A stretch of DNA of 42,106 nucleotides from Vicinamibacterales bacterium (GTDB lineage: Bacteria; Acidobacteriota; Vicinamibacteria; Vicinamibacterales; SCN-69-37), in the NCBI GenBank assembly GCA_035711465.1, contig DASTCC010000354.1:1-42106 (forward strand). Reading direction: 5' to 3'. A model generated the notes under the pieces. It was not told where the DNA came from. It saw only the letters and a program-made list of their open reading frames with translations, and made no database searches. Both the position numbers and the translations under genes were made by a program. Below are positions 7,920 through 14,309 of this stretch, one piece after another. Position 1 is the stretch's first letter. Every line of letters begins with the position of its first letter.

Positions 7920-8350
7920 GCCTTGGCGGCGACGAACGCGGCTGCCGACGAAAGCAGCGCGCCGACGCCGAGCGAAACGCCCATGGTCCCGAACACGAGC
8001 ATCGCCTCCTGGTCACCGTTGCCGACCATGAACTGGCGAATATACAGGAAGCCCAACCCCGCCGAGAGCAGCACGATGCCAATCTGGGCGGCGGTCAACA
8101 TCCGTGTGTAGGCCGCGGGCACCCGCCCGGCCTCCGGCAGGGTCACGTCGAACATCTTCGCCTGGCCCTCGCCTTTCAGGACGTCCAGGACGCCCGGTTC
8201 GTTCCCAATCTTGTCGAGAAGCCGCGCGTTCATCTCGGCCTTGAGCTGCAGCACCTTCATGTAGCGCTGATGCGCCAGGTTCGTCTTGTACATCCAACCA
8301 AGAATCGCCGGAATCCCGAGCAAAACACAGACGAAGAAGAATCCTTCCAC
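7892..8350 (-). CDS. Hypothetical 3-TM membrane protein, first gene of the ECF sigma operon
   Basis: GTG start at 8350 is preceded by GGAGG with a 6-nt spacer. Hydrophobic segments lie at the N-terminus, middle and C-terminus. The gene is co-directional with the sigma gene and overlaps its 5' end. No family was recognised. Confidence 0.55.
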   Translation of the reverse strand: MEGFFFVCVLLGIPAILGWMYKTNLAHQRYMKVLQLKAEMNARLLDKIGNEPGVLDVLKGEGQAKMFDVTLPEAGRVPAAYTRMLTAAQIGIVLLSAGLGFLYIRQFMVGNGDQEAMLVFGTMGVSLGVGALLSSAAAFVAAKAWQQNGQEA

Positions 8351-8368
8351 GCGGGGCCTCCATGCGTG

Positions 8369-8395
8369 TTACGGGAAGGCGCCGTTTGAGTTAAC
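8369..8395 (-). promoter_or_regulatory. Candidate ECF-type promoter (GTTAAC-N16-CGTAA) upstream of the membrane protein / sigma / anti-sigma operon
   Basis: The minus strand reads GTTAAC tcaaacggcgccttcc CGTAA, an AAC-N16-CGT arrangement typical of ECF promoters. It lies about 19 nt upstream of GTG 8350 and just upstream of the GGAGG. Confidence 0.35.
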
Positions 8396-8423
8396 AGCGC
8401 CTCCGCGCTGCTGGCTGCCGGCT

Positions 8424-8486
8424 GCAGCCCGCAGCCCGCAGCCCGCGGCCCGCCGCCCGCAGTCCGCCGCCCGCAGACCGCCGCCA
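8424..8486. repeat. Nine tandem 7-bp units (GCAGCCC consensus); G3N4 x5 on the minus strand
   Basis: Read directly: gcagccc gcagccc gcagccc gcggccc gccgccc gcagtcc gccgccc gcagacc gccgcca. It lies in the divergent intergenic region 8351-8535. Confidence 0.85.
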
Positions 8487-8535
8487 GCCGTGCTACCCTG
8501 CGCGCAACACCCGCAATACTCGGGCGAGGCATCCC

Positions 8536-9384
8536 ATGCGGATACGGCGGTCGGCCGTTCTTGGCGGCGTGCTTGGATTGGTGCTCGTTGCGGCGGCGAG
8601 GCCGGCGGGGCAGCTGCCGCTGGCGCCCAATTCGCGGTCGGGCGATTCGGTGACGCCTGCGTACGAGGGCTGGTATCCCAATCCTGACGGGACCTACAGC
8701 CTCTCCTTCGGCTACTACAACCGCAACACACAGGAACGCGTCGTCGTTGCGCTGGGTCCGGACAACCACGTTGACGTCGGCGACGTCCAGGGGCAGCCGA
8801 CTTACTTTCAGCCGGGCCGCCACTGGGGTGTGTTCGCGGTGAAGGTGCCGGCCGACTTCGGCGAGAAGGCCGTGACCTGGACGCTGCGCAACCGCGGTCA
8901 CAGCTACGCGATTCCCGGCACGCTCCACAAGAACTGGCAGATCGACGCGCTCGAGGGCGAGGCAGGATCGGGCAACACGCCGCCGTCGGTGCGCTTCGAG
9001 GAGAAGGGCGAGCCGGCGCGCGGGCCGCTCGGCGGCACGAGCGGGCCGATCGACGCGAAAGCCGGCGAGCCGGTCAGCATCACGGTCTGGGCGGAAGACG
9101 ACGGCAAGTCGGCGACGAGCGTGGCGTCGAGCGGGCGCGGCAACACTCCGGTGACGCTGACGTTCTTCGTCCACCAGGGTCCCGATCCGGCGGGCGCGTT
9201 CACGTTCACGCCGCCGACGGCGCGCGTGCCCACGACCGGCGGGTCGGCGACAACCAGCGTGACCTTCGCGCGGAGCGGCGACTACATCGTCCGCGTGCGC
9301 GCCAACGATGCATCGGGCGTGGCCGGCGCCGGGCACGCGCAGTGCTGCTGGACCAATGCGTTTCTGAAAGTGCGCGTCAAATAG
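8536..9384 (+). CDS. Exported hypothetical protein (282 aa), upstream partner of the heme-c/monooxygenase-like gene
   Basis: It has a signal peptide (MRIRRSAVLGGVLGLVLVAAARPAGQ) and coherent beta-rich sequence with a C-terminal GHAQCCWTNAF. A 36-nt gap separates it from the next co-directional gene. No family was recognised. Confidence 0.65.
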   Translation: MRIRRSAVLGGVLGLVLVAAARPAGQLPLAPNSRSGDSVTPAYEGWYPNPDGTYSLSFGYYNRNTQERVVVALGPDNHVDVGDVQGQPTYFQPGRHWGVFAVKVPADFGEKAVTWTLRNRGHSYAIPGTLHKNWQIDALEGEAGSGNTPPSVRFEEKGEPARGPLGGTSGPIDAKAGEPVSITVWAEDDGKSATSVASSGRGNTPVTLTFFVHQGPDPAGAFTFTPPTARVPTTGGSATTSVTFARSGDYIVRVRANDASGVAGAGHAQCCWTNAFLKVRVK

Positions 9385-9420
9385 CGACGGATCGATGCGA
9401 TCGACGCCGGGAGGCGTGTC

Positions 9421-10773
9421 ATGACTCGACGGAAGCTCTCGTGGCTGCTGTGCGGGACGACGTCCGCACTCGTGATCTCGGGCATCGCGGTCGTTGCGGC
9501 GCGGCCGCAGGGCAGCGGCGCGCAGGCGGCGAAGCCGGGGCCGACCTACGCCAAAGACGTCGCGCCGATCATTCAGCAGAAGTGCCAGGTCTGCCACCAG
9601 CCCGACTCGATCGCGCCCATGGCGCTGCTCAGCTACGAAGACGCGGTGAAGTACGCGCGACGCATCAAGACCAAGGTGTCGGCGCGGGTGATGCCGCCCT
9701 GGCATATCGACCGCAACGTCGGCATCCGCGAGTTCAAGAACGATCGCGGGCTCACCGACGATCAGATCGACACCATCGTCTCGTGGGTCGACGCGGGCAC
9801 GCCGATGGGCAATCCCGCCGACATGCCGCCGCCGCTGCCGAAGACCGATCCGAATCGCTGGCAGCTCGCCGACGTCTTCGGTCAACCCGACCTGGTGCTG
9901 AAATCGCCGCCGTACACGCTGGCGGCGCGCACGCAGGACAAGTGGTTCCGGCCGGTGATCGAAACCGGGTTGACCGAAGAGCGCTGGGTGCGCGCGATCG
10001 AGATCCGGCCGGTCGGCACCGACGGCCGCCGCACCGTGCACCACGTGCTCACCACGCTCGAGCAGCGCGAGGAGGGCGGCGTCACCGGCCTCGCCGAGAG
10101 CGCCCACGATCACCAGATGAGCGCCGGCCTGTTCATGGAATGGGCCGTCGGCAAGGTCGGCGAGATCTTTCCCGAGGACTCCGGCAAGCTGATGCTGCCC
10201 GGCTCGAAGATCCGCTGGGAGATCCACATGTTCGCGATCGGCAAAGAAATCAAGGATAACCAGGTGGAGCTGGCCGTCTACTTCTACCCGAAGGGCACCG
10301 TGCCCGCCCGGCGCACGGTGCTGCGGATGTTCAACGTCGCGCCTGGATCGGATCTCGACATCCCGCCGGGCCAGAAGACGATGACGCAGAACTTCTACGT
10401 GATGCAGGCGCCGGCCCGCCTCGAGAATTTCCAGCCGCACATGCACATGCGCGGCAAGGCGATGTCGATGGAAGCGCTCTACCCGGACGGCCGCCGCGAA
10501 GTGCTCAGCGTCGTCAACAACTTCCAGTGGAACTGGCACGTGAACTACGTCTACGCCGACAACGCCGCCCCGCTGTTGCCGAAGGGCACGGTGCTGATCT
10601 TCACCGCGTGGCACGACAACACCGCCGACAACCCGAACAACCCCGATCCGCGCCAATGGGTCGGCTGGGGCGATCGCACGGTCGACGAGATGGCGCACGC
10701 CTGGGTGGACGTGACGTATCTCAATCAGGAGGAGTTCGACAGGCTGCTGGCGGCCAGGAAGGCGAAGCGGTAA
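9421..10773 (+). CDS. Exported c-type heme-binding (CxxCH) protein with a PHM/DBH-like copper monooxygenase His pattern
   Basis: GGGAGG lies upstream and a signal/TM segment is present. The heme motif is KCQVCHQPDSIAPM...MPPW. Later motifs are TVHHVL, WEIHMF, FQPHMHMRGKAM and DEMAHAW, resembling the CuH (HH..H) and CuM (HxH..M) sites of copper type II ascorbate-dependent monooxygenases. Confidence 0.7.
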   Translation: MTRRKLSWLLCGTTSALVISGIAVVAARPQGSGAQAAKPGPTYAKDVAPIIQQKCQVCHQPDSIAPMALLSYEDAVKYARRIKTKVSARVMPPWHIDRNVGIREFKNDRGLTDDQIDTIVSWVDAGTPMGNPADMPPPLPKTDPNRWQLADVFGQPDLVLKSPPYTLAARTQDKWFRPVIETGLTEERWVRAIEIRPVGTDGRRTVHHVLTTLEQREEGGVTGLAESAHDHQMSAGLFMEWAVGKVGEIFPEDSGKLMLPGSKIRWEIHMFAIGKEIKDNQVELAVYFYPKGTVPARRTVLRMFNVAPGSDLDIPPGQKTMTQNFYVMQAPARLENFQPHMHMRGKAMSMEALYPDGRREVLSVVNNFQWNWHVNYVYADNAAPLLPKGTVLIFTAWHDNTADNPNNPDPRQWVGWGDRTVDEMAHAWVDVTYLNQEEFDRLLAARKAKR

Positions 10774-10778
10774 CGGTT

Positions 10779-10976
10779 ATCGGTAATCGGGTAATCGGGC
10801 GATCGGGGAATCGCCGATCGGGGAATCTGAGGAATCGGTGAATCTATCTGGCAATCTCATCGGCGAATCGATAGCACGGCGTCAACGCTACTCCCGATTC
10901 GATTGAAAGATAGATTCTCGATCCTCCGATTGCCCGATCGGCGATTGCCCGATCGCCCGATTACCCGATTACCGAT
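10779..10976. repeat. 198-bp imperfect palindrome (perfect 29-bp terminal arms) made of AATCGGG-like words, between convergent genes
   Basis: 10779-10807 (atcggtaatcgggtaatcgggcgatcggg) is the exact reverse complement of 10948-10976. Pairing continues inward for 14 more bp after one mismatch, then imperfectly to about 78 nt per arm. The region is AT-richer than its surroundings. Confidence 0.9.
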
Positions 10977-10985
10977 GGGTACGCT

Positions 10986-12149
10986 TTATCGCGTAAACAC
11001 CGGCTGTCCCGCCGCCGCCCGGCGCTCCTCAATCAGATCCGACAGCTCGAGCCGCAGGTTGCTCGGATTGGTCGCGTAGCTCAGGCCGGCATCGAGGTCG
11101 AGCACGTCGGCGCGGATCAGCCGTTCGATCTCGCCGTCGAAGTGCTGCATGCCGTCCATCGCGCCGTCGCGCATGGCGTCGAGCAGCGTCTTGCCGTCCT
11201 GTTCGCCCTTCTCCACGTACTCGCGCGTGCGCAGCGTCGCTTTGAGCACCTCGAGCACCGCGATGCGGCCCTTGCCGTCCTTCCGGGGCAGCAGACGCTG
11301 CGAGACGATGTACTGAAACGCTTTCGAGAACCGCGTCCGGATCGCATGCTGGTCGCCGAGCGGGAACGCGCCGACGATGCGCTCGACCGTCTTCGACGCG
11401 TCGATGGTGTGCAGCGTCGACATCACCAGGTGGCCAGTCTCCGACGCCTCGACCGCGATCTCGATGGTCTCGCGGTCGCGCATCTCGCCGACGAGGATGA
11501 CCTTCGGCGCCTGTCGCAGCGCCGCGCGCAGCGCCAGGCTGAACGTCGGCGTGTCGGTGTGCAGCTCGCGCTGGTGAATCGTCGCCTTCTTGTGCTGGTG
11601 CAGGAACTCGATCGGGTCTTCGATGGTGACGATGTGAATGGCGCGCTCGTTGTTCATCTGGTCGATCAGCGCCGCCAGCGTCGACGACTTGCCCGATCCG
11701 GTCGGGCCGGTCACGAGGACGATGCCGTTGCGCATGTTGCAGATGTCGGAGAGCGTCGCCGGCAGACCGAGGTCGGTGAGCGTCGGGATCGTCGAGGGAA
11801 TCACCCGCATCACGATGGCGTAGGTCGATCGCTGGCGGAACACGTTGACGCGAAACCGTGCAACGCCGGGCAGCGCATAAGAGAGGTCCGCCGACCCGTC
11901 GCGGGTGATCTGCTGGTGGGCCGACTTGTTCGGGCCAATCAGATCCTGCGCGATCTGCGTCGTCTGTTCCGGCGTCAGCACCTCGAGGCCGGGGAACGGT
12001 AGCGGCACGAGCACGCCTTTGGCTTCGATTTGAGGCGGCCGGCCGGGCGAGAAGATCAGATCGCTCACGTGCTGGCGTCCCTCGAGCATCGAGTCGATGA
12101 GCTGCTCGGTCGGGACGCGGACGGTCGGCGTTGCCGATTCTGTAATCAT
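10986..12149 (-). CDS. pilT: PilT/PilU-family type IV pilus retraction ATPase
   Basis: Walker A is GPTGSGKSST, the Asp box is IVTIEDPIEF, Walker B is ILVGEMRD and the His box is GHLVMSTLHT. The length of 387 aa fits. No pilB or pilC is adjacent. Confidence 0.9.
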   Translation of the reverse strand: MITESATPTVRVPTEQLIDSMLEGRQHVSDLIFSPGRPPQIEAKGVLVPLPFPGLEVLTPEQTTQIAQDLIGPNKSAHQQITRDGSADLSYALPGVARFRVNVFRQRSTYAIVMRVIPSTIPTLTDLGLPATLSDICNMRNGIVLVTGPTGSGKSSTLAALIDQMNNERAIHIVTIEDPIEFLHQHKKATIHQRELHTDTPTFSLALRAALRQAPKVILVGEMRDRETIEIAVEASETGHLVMSTLHTIDASKTVERIVGAFPLGDQHAIRTRFSKAFQYIVSQRLLPRKDGKGRIAVLEVLKATLRTREYVEKGEQDGKTLLDAMRDGAMDGMQHFDGEIERLIRADVLDLDAGLSYATNPSNLRLELSDLIEERRAAAGQPVFTR

Positions 12150-12193
12150 GAGTGCAGGATTCCGTCTGTGAAAGGCCGGTACAATACGGGGAA

Positions 12194-13276
12194 ATGATCA
12201 GGTCCCTGCGTATTTCCGGCGCGTCTGGCCTCTCGTGTCTGTTCCTGGCGGCCGTCGTCGGTGCCTCCGTCGGCGCCGCCTCAGGACCTCAGAACGCCGC
12301 CCCGGCCTCTATCTGCAATATCGCGACCACCGAACGGGTGGTGGCCGTGGGCGACGCCCATGGCGCCTTCGACACCTACGTCTCGATCCTTCGGGAAGCC
12401 GGCCTGATCGACCAGCGGCGCCGGTGGGCGGGTGGAAAAAGTGTGATGGTCCAGACCGGGGACGCGGTGGACCGCGGCGACGATTCGCGCAAGATCCTCG
12501 ACCTCGTTCGGCAGCTGGAGAACGACGCGGCGCGAGCCGGCGGGCGGGTGATCTTCCTCCTCGGCAACCACGAGGTGATGCGCCTGATTGGCGACCTGCG
12601 CTACGTCAGCGACCGCGAGTACGCGGCGTTCCGCGACTCGCAGTCGTCGGACCTGCGCGATCGGCTGTACGCCACGGTCTCCGAGCGCGCGAAGAACGAG
12701 GCCACGGCGGCCGGCAAGCCGTTCGACGATCGCGAATACCGCGCCCAGTTCATGAAGGACGTGCCGCTCGGCCGCGTCGAGATGCAGCGCGCGTTCCTGC
12801 CGGCCGGCGCCTACGGCAAGTGGCTCCGCGAGCACGACGTGATGGCGCGCATCAACGGCGTGCTCTTCCTCCACGGCGGCATCAGCCCGGTGGTCGCCGC
12901 GCGCGGCTGTGACGCGATGGTCGCCGCGGCGCGCAAGGAACTGGAGGCGACCGAGCCGCCCGCCTCACCCGAGCAGTTGCTGATCACCAGTCCGGACGGC
13001 CCGCTCTGGTACCGCGGCCTCGTCGACGGATCCATCGGTCCGGCCGAAGTCGAGGGCGTGCTCAAAGCCATCGACGCCACCGCGATCGTCGTTGGTCACA
13101 CCGTCACCGAGACGCGCCGCATCACGCCGCACTTCGACGGCAAAGTCATTGCGATCGACACCGGCATGCTGGACGGGACGTTCTTCCCGAACGGACAGCC
13201 GTCGGCCCTCGAGATCAAGGACGGGACGATGACGGCGATCTATATCGGGAAGCGGGAACCGATAACTGTCAAGTAA
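12194..13276 (+). CDS. Exported calcineurin-like metallophosphoesterase
   Basis: Motifs GDAHG, GDAVDRGDD, GNHE and LHGG are present, with a signal-like N-terminus. Start set at ATG 12194, because the track start 12152 would abut the divergent pilT start. TACAAT lies at 12180-12185. Confidence 0.8.
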   Translation: MIRSLRISGASGLSCLFLAAVVGASVGAASGPQNAAPASICNIATTERVVAVGDAHGAFDTYVSILREAGLIDQRRRWAGGKSVMVQTGDAVDRGDDSRKILDLVRQLENDAARAGGRVIFLLGNHEVMRLIGDLRYVSDREYAAFRDSQSSDLRDRLYATVSERAKNEATAAGKPFDDREYRAQFMKDVPLGRVEMQRAFLPAGAYGKWLREHDVMARINGVLFLHGGISPVVAARGCDAMVAAARKELEATEPPASPEQLLITSPDGPLWYRGLVDGSIGPAEVEGVLKAIDATAIVVGHTVTETRRITPHFDGKVIAIDTGMLDGTFFPNGQPSALEIKDGTMTAIYIGKREPITVK

Positions 13277-13343
13277 AGAAGTCGTACGACAAGCGCTCCC
13301 GCTCCTGGTTCCGGGTTCCCGAGGTCCCGACGAAGTGTCTCGA

Positions 13344-13370
13344 GAACTCAGAACTTCGAACTCAGAACTT
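13344..13370. repeat. Tandem duplication of the 13-mer GAACTCAGAACTT (two copies separated by 1 nt)
   Basis: Read directly: gaactcagaactt c gaactcagaactt. It lies in the convergent intergenic region 13277-13470. Confidence 0.85.
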
Positions 13371-13386
13371 AGAGCGCATTTCGACA

Positions 13387-13426
13387 GTGAAGGACGTGAA
13401 GAAGCACTCGCCTTCACGGCCTTCAC
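13387..13426. terminator. Hairpin with a 15-bp stem (1 mismatch): GTGAAGGACGTGAAG / CTTCACGGCCTTCAC
   Basis: The inverted repeat is 13387-13401 versus 13412-13426 with a 10-nt loop. It sits between convergent genes. There is no T-tract. Confidence 0.45.
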
Positions 13427-13470
13427 GGTTAACGTCAGACGTGGGTGTAATCGAGCGTCGAGAGGCGTTC

Positions 13471-14289
13471 TTAGTCGTACAGGGCCGCCGCCTCGCCGAT
13501 CTCGGCGACCCGTTTCGCCGCCAGCGCCAGGATCGCGTCGCGGCGCTGCAGGAGCCGCTCGATCTGGCCTGAGGTGAGGTAGCGGCCGACGCGCTTCTTG
13601 AGGTCGGGCTGGTTCAGTTTCTTGATGCCTGCGAGAAGCGAGCGCGAGAACCGCTTCAGGCTGTCGGAATCCTTCAGCTCGCGGTTGCCGCGGAACGAGC
13701 GGGAGTGATCGATCAGCCGGAGATCGAAGTTCTTGGTCACCAGCAGGTTCTTGAGGTGTCGATCGACGTTGGCGATGAGCTGGTCGAACAGCCGCACCTT
13801 GTAGGTGACCTGATTCCACGCTTCGATGTCGGGCGGCTGGATCCGCTTCTCGACGCGTTCGGCTTCCTGCATCTCGCTCTCGACCCACCACTGCAGCGAG
13901 CCGACGTTGTTGTTGAGCCGGCGCTCGACAGTCGCCGGGACCATGCCGAGGCCGATCATCTTGTCGATCTCGTAGGCGGCGATCTCGAGCTGCCAGCTGT
14001 CCTGAAAGTCCACTTCCATCGAGCCGTCGCCCATGCGGGTGACGCCGGCCTTGGTCTCGTCGATCGACTTGAAGACGGCGAAGTGCTCGACCCCGTCGCG
14101 TTCGAGCGTGACCTTCTTCGGCAGCGTCACGCCCTGGCCGAGATCCCGGATCGCCTTGATCTTCGCCTTGGCGAGGTATTCCTCGGGCTTGGGCCCCTGG
14201 TAATCGGCGACCGTCTCCTGCGCCGCGAGCGTCGACCACGCGGCGAGGGCGATCACGACTGCGGCGCCGGCACGTTTCAGAACGGTCAT
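13471..14289 (-). CDS. Exported PI3K/PI4K-like kinase-fold protein (SCO1664-family-like)
   Basis: AGGAG lies 6 nt upstream of ATG 14289, and the signal peptide is MTVLKRAGAAVVIALAAWSTLAAQE. FAVFKSI is a candidate ATP Lys, EIAAYEIDKMIGLGMVPATV is present, the catalytic-loop-like motif is ANVDRHLKNLLV and the DFG-like motif is LIDHSRSF. Confidence 0.65.
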   Translation of the reverse strand: MTVLKRAGAAVVIALAAWSTLAAQETVADYQGPKPEEYLAKAKIKAIRDLGQGVTLPKKVTLERDGVEHFAVFKSIDETKAGVTRMGDGSMEVDFQDSWQLEIAAYEIDKMIGLGMVPATVERRLNNNVGSLQWWVESEMQEAERVEKRIQPPDIEAWNQVTYKVRLFDQLIANVDRHLKNLLVTKNFDLRLIDHSRSFRGNRELKDSDSLKRFSRSLLAGIKKLNQPDLKKRVGRYLTSGQIERLLQRRDAILALAAKRVAEIGEAAALYD

Positions 14290-14309
14290 GGCCATCTCCT
14301 GGGAAGCGT

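Noticed and set aside
8424-8486. Possible CRISPR array or coding repeat
   Set aside because: The units are 7 bp with no spacers, so this is a simple tandem repeat and not a CRISPR. The only ORFs across it are shadow frames (Pro/Ala/Arg repeats) with no start context.
8257-10698. 813-aa minus-strand ORF spanning the two exported-protein genes
   Set aside because: It is antisense to two ORFs that have signal peptides, SD sites and clear motifs. Its translation is dominated by R, A, G, D, H and V runs. It is a shadow ORF. The same reasoning rejects 5574..7112(-), 14536..17403(-), 16521..18041(+), 20570..21805(+), 21791..23170(-), 26648..27808(-), 29244..30062(-), 37715..38503(-) and 40578..42083(-).
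10779-10976. MITE annotation for the 198-bp palindrome
   Set aside because: It has terminal inverted repeats but no detectable target-site duplication (flanks CGGTT versus GGGTA). Copy number cannot be assessed from one window. It is kept as a repeat with mobility left open.
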